From the NCBI GenBank assembly GCA_051747805.1, contig JBNJGP010000006.1, positions 1-50,802 on the forward strand: a stretch of DNA of 50,802 nt, in the 5' to 3' direction. The notes beneath the pieces are model-generated. The model was not told where the DNA came from. It did no database searches and saw only the letters and a program-made list of their open reading frames with translations. This DNA comes from Candidatus Muiribacteriota bacterium. Lineage in GTDB: Bacteria; Muiribacteriota; Muiribacteriia; Muiribacteriales; Muiribacteriaceae. Below, in pieces: positions 28,387 to 38,790 of this stretch; within the stretch, counting starts at the first letter, position 1, and every line of letters begins with the position of its first letter. The translations under genes were made by a program, and so were the position numbers.

Positions 28387-30051
28387 ATGCTGATAAAACT
28401 TTCCAAAAGTGCTCCTGATATTATTTTAATTACAGGAGATTATTATATTGATCATCCTTCATTCGGAATTGCAATAATTGCAAGATTGCTACAGAATCTA
28501 AATTATTCTGTATGGATTGTGAGTCAACCAGACCCTCATAATAACTTCAGGATTTTTAAAAATCTTCCAGCCCCATCTCTTTTTTTTGGTATTACTTCCG
28601 GAGCTATTGACTCTAACCTTAATTTATACACTGTTAATAAGGTTAAAAGAAGAAAAGATGCTTTTTCTGAAAATGGCAAAATTGATAAAAGAATAAGAAA
28701 CAGCCTCATAACTTATACAAATGCTGTCAGAAATTTTTTTCCAAAATCATTGATTTTGCTGGGCGGGCTCGAGGCCTCAGTTAAAAGATATACCTATTAT
28801 GATTTTTTTGATAAAAAACTTCGTCCTGGCATACTTGATGAATGCAGCGCGGATTTTCTGCTTTATGGAATGGCAGAAAACACTATAAAAAAAATAGCCT
28901 CATATATCAAAAACAGACAAATAAAAAAAGCTTACTATCTAAGGGGTTTATGTTTTAAAAAAAACACAAAATTATATTTAACCCCAATATCTCTTCCCTC
29001 TTTTGATGATTTGAAAAAAAAGAAGAAAACTTTTCTTTCTTTTACAAAAAAAATAACCTCAAAAGGAGATTTCAGAAACAATGAGGTTTTATCTCAAAAA
29101 CAGAATAAAAGCACAATTATTTATAATCCCGCCCCAGTCCCCTTAAGTGAAGAGGAAATGAATAAAATATATTCTTTAAACTTCACGTATAAACCCTTAC
29201 CAGAAAGCAAAAAATTTATTAAAGCATATGAAACTGTAAAAAATACTGTTATCACCCATAGAGGTTGTGGGGGCGGCTGCTCATTCTGTTCAATAAGTCT
29301 TCATCAGGGAAAAATAATATCCTCCCGCTCAATAAATAATATAATAGAAGAAATTAAAAAAAGAAAATTAAAAACAGTTACTGATATTCAGTCCCCAACT
29401 GCTAATATGTACAGAGTAATTTGCCTCAATAAAAATAAATGCAATAGGTTTAGCTGTTTATTTCCAGAAATATGTCATTATTTCAAGCATGATTCAAATA
29501 GTTTTTTAACTCTTTTAAAGAAATTAAATAAATTAAATAAAAAGATTTATATTTCTTCTGGAATTCGTTTTGATATTATAAAAGAAGAAGAACTCAGTTT
29601 TATTATTAAAAATGATTTTATCTCAGGTCAGTTAAAAATTGCTCCAGAGCATACTGATAAAGCGATATTACAAAAAATGCACAAACCAGATAAAAATTCT
29701 TTTATTAAATTCTGTAATCTTTTTAATAAGTTAAAAAAGAAGCATAAAAAAGATTTTTATATTATCCCATACATTATATCAGGTTTTCCTGGTGGAAATA
29801 ATAATAATACAAAAAAACTTTCCACAGATTTAAAAAATATTTTAGGATTTGTTCCGTATCAGATACAAGATTTCACACCTACTCCAATGACTATTGCAAC
29901 CGCAATATACTTTGCATATAACTGCGAATTTAAAAAAGGTGAATTAAAGGCTTTTAGAAATATTTTAAGCCAGTACTCCAACAAAAAGAAACACAATACC
30001 AATAAAAAAAGCACCGGGAATAAAAAAAATAATTCCGGTTATAAAAAATAA
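28387..30051 (+). CDS. YgiQ (UPF0313) family radical SAM protein
   Basis: GDYYIDHPSFG, HRGCGGGCSFCSI, SGIRFD, GQLKIAPEH, QDFTPTPMT. Confidence 0.92.
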   Translation: MLIKLSKSAPDIILITGDYYIDHPSFGIAIIARLLQNLNYSVWIVSQPDPHNNFRIFKNLPAPSLFFGITSGAIDSNLNLYTVNKVKRRKDAFSENGKIDKRIRNSLITYTNAVRNFFPKSLILLGGLEASVKRYTYYDFFDKKLRPGILDECSADFLLYGMAENTIKKIASYIKNRQIKKAYYLRGLCFKKNTKLYLTPISLPSFDDLKKKKKTFLSFTKKITSKGDFRNNEVLSQKQNKSTIIYNPAPVPLSEEEMNKIYSLNFTYKPLPESKKFIKAYETVKNTVITHRGCGGGCSFCSISLHQGKIISSRSINNIIEEIKKRKLKTVTDIQSPTANMYRVICLNKNKCNRFSCLFPEICHYFKHDSNSFLTLLKKLNKLNKKIYISSGIRFDIIKEEELSFIIKNDFISGQLKIAPEHTDKAILQKMHKPDKNSFIKFCNLFNKLKKKHKKDFYIIPYIISGFPGGNNNNTKKLSTDLKNILGFVPYQIQDFTPTPMTIATAIYFAYNCEFKKGELKAFRNILSQYSNKKKHNTNKKSTGNKKNNSGYKK

Positions 30052-30516
30052 CATTTCAAAATAACTTCTTCCGTAGCTTTCAGACAAAATTAAAACTATT
30101 AAATGCAGCCATATAAGAATCAACAGTTGAAAAAAAATGATTTTAGAGGATAAATCAAAAAAAACATAAGAAACCGGCACAAGAAATAAAAATGGGAAAA
30201 AAGCATAATTTAAAAGTTTGAGAACGAAAGTACTACAGGACTTTTTTAAAAAACTTTTAGATAAAAGCTCGATTATTCCTAAAATTAAAAAAGAAAAAAT
30301 TAAATAAATTATAGTTATTGAAATAAAAATAAATAAAACTTTAATTAAAACATTAGCACTTCCGGTATATACCATACTCAAAAACACAGAAATATTTAAA
30401 ATAGCAAGGAAAAAAAAATAAAAACCTGAATAATGGTTTTTAAGAAGCATTTTTTTTCTTATAAAAAGACTGAAATCATCAATTATATTTGCTATATCAT
30501 TAATTAGATAGTTCAC
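29965..30516 (-). CDS. Polytopic membrane protein (Yip1-like)
   Basis: About five hydrophobic helices. Overlaps sppA end. Confidence 0.5.
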   Translation of the reverse strand: MNYLINDIANIIDDFSLFIRKKMLLKNHYSGFYFFFLAILNISVFLSMVYTGSANVLIKVLFIFISITIIYLIFSFLILGIIELLSKSFLKKSCSTFVLKLLNYAFFPFLFLVPVSYVFFDLSSKIIFFQLLILIWLHLIVLILSESYGRSYFEMLFFITGIIFFIPGAFFIGIVFLFVGVLA

Positions 30517-31375
30517 CTATAAGATCCCATAAGTTTGTTTTTCGTCCAGCCGGGTAAACAAGATTATAATTGTCTGAAATTCCCGCAAGTTCCTGTGCCT
30601 TTTCTACCGCCTTATCCATATCTCCAAGATAATCCACCAAACCTTTATTATAGGCTTGCCTGCCAGTAAATATACGTCCATCAGCATAGGCTTTTATTTC
30701 TTCCATTTCCATATCTCTGTTACTTGAAACAGCCTCGAGAAACTGTTCAAATATATCATCAACGCTAGATTGCAGCATTTCTTTTTCATCTTCTTTCATT
30801 TCTCGCGAAAAATTACCTATATCTTTATACTCACCACTTTTTATAATATTATATTCCACACCTAGTTTTTCAAACAGGCCTCTATAATTAGGCATAGTCA
30901 TGATAACTCCAATACTTCCTGTTAACGAGGCTGGATTTGCAACAATTATATCACCATAACAGGCAACATAATATCCTCCCGAGGCCGCGGTTTCCTTTAT
31001 TGAAACAATAATTTTTTTATTACTTCCAGATTCTTTAAATTTTTCCATGGCAGAGACAATTTCCTGCACAGAAGAAGGAGTTCCACCAGGAGAATTAATT
31101 CTTATAATAACTGCATCAACGCCACTTCTTGTGAAATATTTAATATCATTTATTGCCTTCTGAGCAACACTATAGGCATCAAACATACCTGTTTTTGAAA
31201 ATGTAATAGGACCATTTATTCTTATAACTCCAATATCACGTTCAGGATTAATTTTTTTAGTTTCCATAATAGAGGAATTATTAGTATAAGAAGTAGTGTT
31301 TCTATTAATAAAAACGTCAATAACTCCAAGAATTAGTCCGGCAATTAACAAAACAAAAATTATTTTTTTCTGCAT
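30500..31375 (-). CDS. sppA: Signal peptide peptidase SppA (36K type, S49)
   Basis: RINSPGG, AASGGYY, TGSIGV, KSGEYKD, DGRIFTGRQA. Confidence 0.95.
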   Translation of the reverse strand: MQKKIIFVLLIAGLILGVIDVFINRNTTSYTNNSSIMETKKINPERDIGVIRINGPITFSKTGMFDAYSVAQKAINDIKYFTRSGVDAVIIRINSPGGTPSSVQEIVSAMEKFKESGSNKKIIVSIKETAASGGYYVACYGDIIVANPASLTGSIGVIMTMPNYRGLFEKLGVEYNIIKSGEYKDIGNFSREMKEDEKEMLQSSVDDIFEQFLEAVSSNRDMEMEEIKAYADGRIFTGRQAYNKGLVDYLGDMDKAVEKAQELAGISDNYNLVYPAGRKTNLWDLIGELSN

Positions 31376-31384
31376 ATTAAAATT

Positions 31385-31501
31385 TTATCCCAGTAGTTTT
31401 TTAAAAAATTTCATCTTTTCAGAAGATTTAAAAACTTTACACTTATTACAGCTTATATCTTTTAAACAACCTTCACAAAGATTATACAATTCTTTTTTCA
31501 T
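31385..31501 (-). CDS. 38-aa CxxC-x5-CxxC microprotein
   Basis: Below ORF-track cutoff. AGGGAGGTG SD. MKKELYNLCEGCLKDISCNKCKVFKSSEKMKFFKKLLG. Fills the queD-sppA gap. Confidence 0.7.
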   Translation of the reverse strand: MKKELYNLCEGCLKDISCNKCKVFKSSEKMKFFKKLLG

Positions 31502-31549
31502 AAATGCCACCTCCCTGTTTAAAAAATTCAGTTAGAATATTATCGGCAC

Positions 31550-31933
31550 TTAAGGTTGATTTCCAAAACTCACCCATGTTTTATCTGACTCCCAAACCTT
31601 TATACAGGAGAGTTTTGAGTTTATGTTTTCTTCTTCTCCTTTTTTTAAAAGCTCATTATATATGTACTCTGAAATTATTTCAGCTGTTGGATTTTTTTCC
31701 TTAAAATATTTAATATCATTTAAACATTTATGGTCAAGTTCGTCTAACACTTTTTTTAATAATTTTTTCAGTACTCCAAAATCTTCTGAAATAAAAGTTT
31801 TTTCCTGAAGTTCTCCACCCTCAAAAATGGCCTCCACATACCAGTTATGCCCATGCAGATTACAGCATTTTCCATCATAATTTTTCAAAAAATGTGCTGA
31901 AGAAAAATCCTGTTTCACTCCTAAAAATCTCAT
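31550..31933 (-). CDS. queD: 6-carboxytetrahydropterin synthase
   Basis: FSSAHFL, CCNLHGHNW, LDHKCLND, NPTAE, VWES. Confidence 0.93.
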   Translation of the reverse strand: MRFLGVKQDFSSAHFLKNYDGKCCNLHGHNWYVEAIFEGGELQEKTFISEDFGVLKKLLKKVLDELDHKCLNDIKYFKEKNPTAEIISEYIYNELLKKGEEENINSKLSCIKVWESDKTWVSFGNQP

Positions 31934-34296
31934 TTAAACACCTCTTTTATGATTTGCTCAAAATTCCTCACCGGAATAAATTTCAAAACTTTTTTTATTT
32001 CAGCTGGAATTTCCTCTAAATCTTTTTTATTTTTATCGGGAATAATAACTTTTTTGTATCCCTCTCTGAAACCTGCAAGTGCTTTTTGTTTTAAGCCTCC
32101 TATAGGTAAAACTCTTCCTGTAAGAGAAATTTCTCCTGTCATAACATAATTTTTAGAAATAACTTTGTTTGTAAAAAGGGAATATAAAGCTGTCGCTATT
32201 GTTATACCGGCAGACGGACCATCTTTGGGCATTGCTCCCGCAGGCACATGAATATGTACATCAACTTTATCAAAATCATAATTTTTTTTATCTTTAATAA
32301 GAATCGATTTTATAAGCGAAAAAGCTATCTGGGCCGACTCTTTCATAACGTCCCCAAGATGCCCTGTTAATATAAGCTTACCCTTACCGGCACGTTTTAT
32401 AGCCTCTATATAAAGAACTTCTCCCCCATATTGTGTCCAGGCCAGACCCGGAATTATTCCGGGCAATAATTTTTCGTATTCTACGCCTTCAACAAACTTA
32501 GGTGCTCCCAGATATTTTTGTATTTTAGAGGTGGTTAATCTGAATTTTTTCTTTCTTTCGGATTTAGCATAATCTAAGGCAATTTTTCTAAAAACCCTTG
32601 CAAAAATTCTTTCTATATCCCTTACCCCTGCCTCTCTTGTATATTTTTGAATTATAAACTCAATAGTTTTGTCTGAAATTTCAATTTTTAACTTTTTTAT
32701 TCCATTTAATTCCAGCTGTTTCGGAAACAAAAATTTCTTTACAATTTCAACTTTTTCTCTATAAGTATATCCGGATATTGGAATCACCTCAATTCTATCT
32801 TTAAGGGCTGGCGGTATTGACACAAGAGTATTGGCTGTTGCTATAAATAGAACATCAGATAAATCAAAAGAAACATTAAGATAATTATCAACAAAATTAT
32901 CATTCTGTTCAGGATCTAAAACTTCAAGCAGGGCAGAGGCAGGGTCGCCTCTGAAATCACTTGACAGCTTGTCAATTTCATCCAGCACAAAAACAGGATT
33001 TTTAGTTTTTGCATTTCTAATTCCCTGTATTATTCTACCGGGCATTGCACCAATATATGTTTTTCTGTGTCCTCTTATCTCGGCCTCATCATGAATACCC
33101 CCAAGGGACATTCTAATGTATTTTCTTCCAAGAGCCTCGGCAATAGCTTTCCCAAGCGAAGTTTTCCCCACACCGGGAGGACCCACAAAACATAAAATTG
33201 GACCAGAGAGTTTTTTTTTGAGTTTCTGTACTGCCAAAAATTCAAGAATTCTTTCTTTTACCTGTTTTAAACCATGATGACTACTTTCTAACTTTTTTTG
33301 AGCTTTTTTAATGTCTGTATTATCTTTACTTCTTTTAGCCCAGGGTAGTTCAACTAACCACTCAAGATATGTTCTTATAACAGACCCTTCAGCACTGTCA
33401 GCATGCATTTTCTGAAATCTCTTAAGCTCCCTGAGAGCAGTTTTTTTAACTTCCTCTGGCATTCCGGCCTTTTTTATTTTCTTTTTAAATTAATCTATTT
33501 CCTTCGTGTGCTCGTCAACATCTCCTAATTAGTTATGAATTTCCTTAAGCTGCTCCCGTAAAATAAAATCTTTTTCACTTTTTTTAAGCTTTTCGCTAAC
33601 CTTATTCTGTATTTTCTGTGATAAAGATAGAACCTGTATTTCTTTATTCAAAAATTGTGATACTTTATTTAATCTTTTTCTTACATCAAGCTCCTCAAGC
33701 AGCTCCTGCCTTTCCACGGTATTTATTTCAAGCACCGTACATAAAAGATCGGCTATATGTGAAGGTTTTTCAACATTATAAATATAATTCAAAAATTCTT
33801 TTGGAATATTTCTTCCCAACTCGGGAAGCTTTTCAACCTGTTGTTTCAGATTATTAATTAAGGCCTCAATTTCTATATTTTCTTTATCTACTTCTTTTTC
33901 CTCGAGAACTTTATGCTTTACTTTTAAAATTTTATTATTATCTTTTTCTTCTTCCTCTACCTCTTTTATAATTTCAACTCTCTTAATACCCTGCAGCAGT
34001 ACCTGAACACTATTATCAGGAAGTTTAAGCATTTTTAGAATGACAGCAGCAGTTCCAACCTTATATATTGAATCAAGCCCCTCTTTCCCTTTTTGTTTTT
34101 TAGTGCCAATTTTTCTTGTTGAAGCTATAAGCATTCTATCCGGAGAGGATAAAACTCTGTCAACCATATCAATATATTCAGAGTTAGTAAGATGAAAAGG
34201 AAGTATAACCTGTGGAAAAACTACAATTTCATCAACAGGCAGAACTTCAAGTACTTCAGGTATATTAATATCACTTTTATTTTTATCTTTTTCCAT
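31930..34296 (-). pseudogene. lon: Lon protease, one reading frame with two in-frame TAA codons (pseudogene, split gene or sequence error)
   Basis: LON_N part at 33529-34296 and AAA+/protease part at 31930-33462 (GPPGVGKT, DEIDK, KDGPSAG, IGGLKQK) are in the same frame. Stops at 33529-33531 and 33490-33492. Confidence 0.85.
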
Positions 34297-34322
34297 ATAT
34301 AAATAACTCCTCTAAAAAAATT

Positions 34323-34745
34323 TTACTCAACTTTAATTATTGTTTTCTGGGCTTTTGATAAATAAATTTCAAGCACACCATGATTATATTCAATTTTCAT
34401 ATTTCCTACTTCAACATTTCCCGGAAGTACAATTTCTCTTTTAAAGCTCCCAAGCGACCTCTCAATTCTATAAAATTTAATTTTGCCAGATAATTTATTC
34501 CTGTCAATACACTCTTTTTTTTCTCCGGCTATAACAAGTTTCTTTCCTTCAAGATAAAGCTTAATGCTGTCTTTACTTATTCCCGGAAGTTCAGTAATTA
34601 TACAGAATAAGTCCGGAGTTTCAAATATATCAACAGGGGGCTGCCAGTTGGCTTTTGAGCCATATTCTCTATCAAGCATATTCATAAACGGCTCAAGCAG
34701 AGTATGAAAACCTCTTTTATTTTTAATCAGATTTTTCATTGGCAT
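34323..34745 (-). CDS. Hsp20/alpha-crystallin small heat-shock protein
   Basis: WQPPVDIFET, ELPGI, ERSLGSFKREIVLP, HGVLEIYLSK. Confidence 0.92.
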   Translation of the reverse strand: MPMKNLIKNKRGFHTLLEPFMNMLDREYGSKANWQPPVDIFETPDLFCIITELPGISKDSIKLYLEGKKLVIAGEKKECIDRNKLSGKIKFYRIERSLGSFKREIVLPGNVEVGNMKIEYNHGVLEIYLSKAQKTIIKVE

Positions 34746-36117
34746 TTTCCTCCTCTACTCCCCTTTTAATACCAGTATATTTTTTTTCATTTTCATATTT
34801 ATATCTTAAGAGAATCTCCCCGAATTTATTCAAACCATCAAGTTTTGAAAACCTGGGATCAATTTTTTCACCAACTTTTGATATCCAGAATTCATCATAT
34901 ATCTCATAATTATTTGGGCAAATTCCAAGAAATTCATATATAGCCTTTTTTATAAGGAAACCTTTCGTATCCTCAAGCACCATATCAAATAAAAAAGGTG
35001 GATAAAAGTCTTTATTTGCAAGTTTATTTTCTTTTTCAGTCATCATAATTGGTATAAAATGGTTCCCGGATTTTTTAAGATTAATGTTATACTCTTTTAA
35101 AAATAATCCAATATCTGTTCTCAATAAAGTATAAAAATTATTATTATCTATATTCAAGTTTTTAAGAATCATCACAAAATCTTTAAAATCCAGATTTTCT
35201 TTATTTTCAACCCCTATTTCATTATAAATTGATTTTTTTTCAGCAATACCCTTTAAAAATGGAAGTAACCCCATAAAATCCAGAGAAAAAATATCAAAAA
35301 GATAAAATGTTTTTTCCATATCTTTAGCGAACTTTTCATAAAAACCATCTTTAATAAGATTATGATATTCAGAATAAACAACATATTTTATACTCTGCTT
35401 TCTTTTAGAGTTAACATAATAAAAACAGTGTTTGGGACAGCCGTAACAGGAACGTGATAAAACCCCCCTGGGATTTTTATTATTAAACATTTTTATAATA
35501 CTAAAATAGTCTTTTTTAAAATTTACTTTTTCTTTATAGGCTCCCCTGTTAAATTTTACAATTTTGATACCCTTACTGTTAAAAACATTGCCTAATCCAC
35601 AACCATTTAAAATACCATTTGAGGTGGCAAAAAGTTTTGAAAAAATATTGCTGTTAATAAAATCACCTGTAAAAAGGTAGCTGTCTCCTCTATTATTAGA
35701 CATTGAATCAATTAAGTTTTTCATTTGAAGATAATCATATAGTTTTATTTCCGGCACTTTTTCAAAAGCCACATTTTCTTCATAAATATTAATCATATAA
35801 GGATGATTTGAAGTTAACGCTTTTCTAAAAACCACCCCCTCAAAATTCTGTGACAGCAGTGTGGCCCCGAGATTTCCAGTAATAAAAGCATAATTAACAC
35901 AGCTTATAACCTTGTTAAAATAAACACTGTAACAATGACAGGCTCCGGGAAGAATGCCGCTTAACGCTCCTCTTGTAATCACCACGTCATCTTTTTCACA
36001 GTATTCATTAAAAAGATAGTATCCAAGATATAAACCCTTTTTCCTGTTATTTAATGAGGCGATAGTAAATTCTTTTTTTTCAATATCTATAAATAATATT
36101 CTATTCATTGTCAGCAT
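34723..36117 (-). CDS. Diverged aldehyde:ferredoxin oxidoreductase-like protein
   Basis: RILFIDI, GLGNVFNSKGIKIV, CYGCPKHC, LGICP. Next to a 4Fe-4S protein. Confidence 0.6.
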   Translation of the reverse strand: MLTMNRILFIDIEKKEFTIASLNNRKKGLYLGYYLFNEYCEKDDVVITRGALSGILPGACHCYSVYFNKVISCVNYAFITGNLGATLLSQNFEGVVFRKALTSNHPYMINIYEENVAFEKVPEIKLYDYLQMKNLIDSMSNNRGDSYLFTGDFINSNIFSKLFATSNGILNGCGLGNVFNSKGIKIVKFNRGAYKEKVNFKKDYFSIIKMFNNKNPRGVLSRSCYGCPKHCFYYVNSKRKQSIKYVVYSEYHNLIKDGFYEKFAKDMEKTFYLFDIFSLDFMGLLPFLKGIAEKKSIYNEIGVENKENLDFKDFVMILKNLNIDNNNFYTLLRTDIGLFLKEYNINLKKSGNHFIPIMMTEKENKLANKDFYPPFLFDMVLEDTKGFLIKKAIYEFLGICPNNYEIYDEFWISKVGEKIDPRFSKLDGLNKFGEILLRYKYENEKKYTGIKRGVEEENANEKSD

Positions 36118-36514
36118 CCACCATAATAAGACAGTTGTTAGGGCATTTCATTGCACATAAACCACATTGACGACATAAAAGAGGCGTTTTGTCATCAAGC
36201 GGTCTCAGGTAACCGTATCTACAAGCATTATAACAGTTACCGCATTTAACACATTCATATTTTTTATTAATTTTAACTCCACCACCCTTATCTTCTTTCA
36301 CTGTTAAATATCCAGTAGGACAAGCTTCAACACAGGGAGGCTTTTCACAGTTCAAACATATCTTGAGGGAGCTTACATCCTCGTTAAAAATTGAACCTTC
36401 AACCCTGATAGCAGAAGTAAAGGGAGTAGAAAAATTCGCCTGACCACAGGTAGTTTCACATATCCGGCACCCTGTGCATTTTCCCCTGTTTATAACCTGT
36501 AATTTTTTTGCCAA
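36101..36514 (-). CDS. 4Fe-4S dicluster electron-transfer protein
   Basis: CTGCRICETTC, CLNCEKPPCVEACP, CVKCGNCYNAC, CRQCGLCAMKCP. Confidence 0.93.
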   Translation of the reverse strand: MAKKLQVINRGKCTGCRICETTCGQANFSTPFTSAIRVEGSIFNEDVSSLKICLNCEKPPCVEACPTGYLTVKEDKGGGVKINKKYECVKCGNCYNACRYGYLRPLDDKTPLLCRQCGLCAMKCPNNCLIMVDADNE

Positions 36515-37386
36515 AACTTTAACCCCATTATTTTATAAATTAATTTAGCCACAGCAGAAGAATTGGAAGGCTCATTTCCAATAAGCTCAACTACATCGGC
36601 CCCGATAACATTTTTCTTTTCAAAAATTCTTTTCAGCAAGAACATTATCTGCTGCCAGTTAAGCCCACCCGGCTCTGGTGTTCCTGTATCCCAGACAAAG
36701 CCTGAATCAAAAACATCTACATCAAAAGTTATATAAACATTTTCATTTTCTAAGTTATTTATTAGTCTATCCGCGCTTAAAGGTAAATTTTCATATATAT
36801 CCCCTGCGGTTATACAGCTGATAGAGGAATTTTTTAAAAATTTCTTTTCTTCTATGTCCATGCTCCTTATACCAGCCTGAACAATATTTTTCAAATTTAA
36901 ATCATCATAAACCCTTCTAATCAAACAGGCATGTGAAAAAGAAGCCCCCTCCCAGCTATTTCTTAAATCCGCATGGGCATCAAAATGCACAACAGAAAAT
37001 TCACCAAAAATATCTTTTGAAGCTTTCAAAAAAGAAAAACTCACAGAATGCTCTCCGCCAACACCAACAGTAAAACAATCAGGACCAATTATCTGTTTTG
37101 AGGCCCTGTAAATATTATTAAGTGTTTTTTCTACCCCGGTTGCATCTATTTCTACAGGAGGCGAGGTATAAATCCCCGCCTTCCATGGCTCAACATCAAG
37201 CTCCATATCGTACCATTCAATATTTTTTGAAGCCTCAATAATTGACTGAGGCCCTTTTCGGGTCCCGGGAAGATATGATGTTGTACCATCATATCCTGCC
37301 GGTAAAAATTTAAAATAAGATTTTTTTTTGGCACAATAATCTTTTTCAAGACGCATAAAATTAAATTGTGGCTCAAAAAAATTCAC
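36490..37386 (-). CDS. speB: Agmatinase
   Basis: GGEHS, FDAHADLR, TFDVDVFD, TGTPEPGG. Confidence 0.92.
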   Translation of the reverse strand: MNFFEPQFNFMRLEKDYCAKKKSYFKFLPAGYDGTTSYLPGTRKGPQSIIEASKNIEWYDMELDVEPWKAGIYTSPPVEIDATGVEKTLNNIYRASKQIIGPDCFTVGVGGEHSVSFSFLKASKDIFGEFSVVHFDAHADLRNSWEGASFSHACLIRRVYDDLNLKNIVQAGIRSMDIEEKKFLKNSSISCITAGDIYENLPLSADRLINNLENENVYITFDVDVFDSGFVWDTGTPEPGGLNWQQIMFLLKRIFEKKNVIGADVVELIGNEPSNSSAVAKLIYKIMGLKFWQKNYRL

Positions 37387-38789
37387 TAAAACTTCTCCAT
37401 AAAAGCTTTATATGCGGAATAGGCACAATATAAATCAACTTTGGAAATAACTTCATAAGGTGTATGAAGTCCTAATATAGGTAATCCGCTGTCAACAACA
37501 TCAGTATTTAAATTACAGAGGAAGTTGGCGATTGTACCGCCACCACCACCATCTACTTTACCAAGACAGTTAATCTGCCAGGGAATATTTCCAGAATCAA
37601 ATATATGTGTTAGTTCAGAAAAATATTGAGGGTTTACCTCATTTGAACCACCTTTACCTCGGCCCCCAGTGTATTTATGGAAAATAGCCCCATAACCAAT
37701 ATTTGCTGTATTGTTCTTTTCATAGGCCATTTTAAAATTCGGGTCCATTGCAGGAGAAACGTCTGCTGAAACACCTTTGGTTTTTTCAAATATTTTTTTC
37801 AATAAAATATCACTGTATTTATTTTTGTACAGTTTTTCTACAAGAAGACCTGCAGCATATTCAAAATAAATAGACTGCGCACCAGTATTTCCTGTACTTC
37901 CAATTTCTTCTCTGTCAAACCAGTAACATAAAACAGTATTGTCTGTTTTATTCAAATCAACCATAGCCTTCATGGAAGCATAAGCACACACTCTGTCATC
38001 ATGACCAAATCCACCTATCATGGAAGAATCAATACCTACATTCATAGAAGGCAAGGCGGGCACAAGCTGAAACTCACCAGTTAAAATATCTCTTTCATTA
38101 ATTTTATATTCTTTATTAAGCAAATTAATAATATGTTCTTTATAAATCTCTTTTTCTTTACCTTTTTCTTTTTTAAATCCAGGTTTAGAACCAACAATTG
38201 CGTTCAATTCCTCACCTTTTACTATTTCACTGTATTTTCTGCCGTTCATTTCTTTATCAATATGAATAGCAAGGTCTGGAATAACTATACAGTTCTGCCC
38301 ATCATCACCTATTTTTATTTTAACTTCGCTACCATCTTTAAGATAAACAGTACCATACATTGCAAGAGGAATATTCAGCCAGTGATGCTTTTTAACCCCT
38401 CCATAATATTGCGTTTTAACAAGAACCAGTTTTTCATCCTCATAAAACGGGGATGGTTTTAAGTGAAGTTGAGGTACATCTACATGGGATACAAGATATC
38501 TGAAACCTTCCTTTTGAAGGTCCTTTTTACCAACAATACCTGCAACCATTGATTTGGAGCGGTTAATCATATAAAATTTTGTGCCTGGTTTAAATGATTT
38601 AATTTTAGACCATTCTTTAAATCCAGCCTTTTTCAAACCCTTAACCACTGTTTCAATACAAGTTCTTTCAGTTTTAGAAGAGTCCAGAAACTCTCTGTAC
38701 TCATCCGCGAATTTTTCAACCTTTTTTTCATCTTTCCTGTAGGTTTTCCACGCGTTTGTTTTCTTAAATAAATTAGTCTTTTCTGCCAT
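37386..38789 (-). CDS. M18 family aminopeptidase
   Basis: SHVDVP, YYGGVKK, GHDDRVC, DREEIGS, GGGTIA, LHTPYE. Confidence 0.92.
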   Translation of the reverse strand: MAEKTNLFKKTNAWKTYRKDEKKVEKFADEYREFLDSSKTERTCIETVVKGLKKAGFKEWSKIKSFKPGTKFYMINRSKSMVAGIVGKKDLQKEGFRYLVSHVDVPQLHLKPSPFYEDEKLVLVKTQYYGGVKKHHWLNIPLAMYGTVYLKDGSEVKIKIGDDGQNCIVIPDLAIHIDKEMNGRKYSEIVKGEELNAIVGSKPGFKKEKGKEKEIYKEHIINLLNKEYKINERDILTGEFQLVPALPSMNVGIDSSMIGGFGHDDRVCAYASMKAMVDLNKTDNTVLCYWFDREEIGSTGNTGAQSIYFEYAAGLLVEKLYKNKYSDILLKKIFEKTKGVSADVSPAMDPNFKMAYEKNNTANIGYGAIFHKYTGGRGKGGSNEVNPQYFSELTHIFDSGNIPWQINCLGKVDGGGGGTIANFLCNLNTDVVDSGLPILGLHTPYEVISKVDLYCAYSAYKAFMEKF

Positions 38790-38790
38790 A

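Noticed and set aside
29965..30051. 87-nt convergent overlap of ygiQ and the membrane protein as a regulatory feature
   Set aside because: The K/N-rich ygiQ tail looks like simple stop-codon drift. Shorter convergent overlaps occur elsewhere in this compact window.
33490..33531. Alternative genetic code (TAA read as Glu)
   Set aside because: Well-defined genes such as rpsF, rplI, dnaB, dnaK and both flagellins terminate at TAA at the expected positions.
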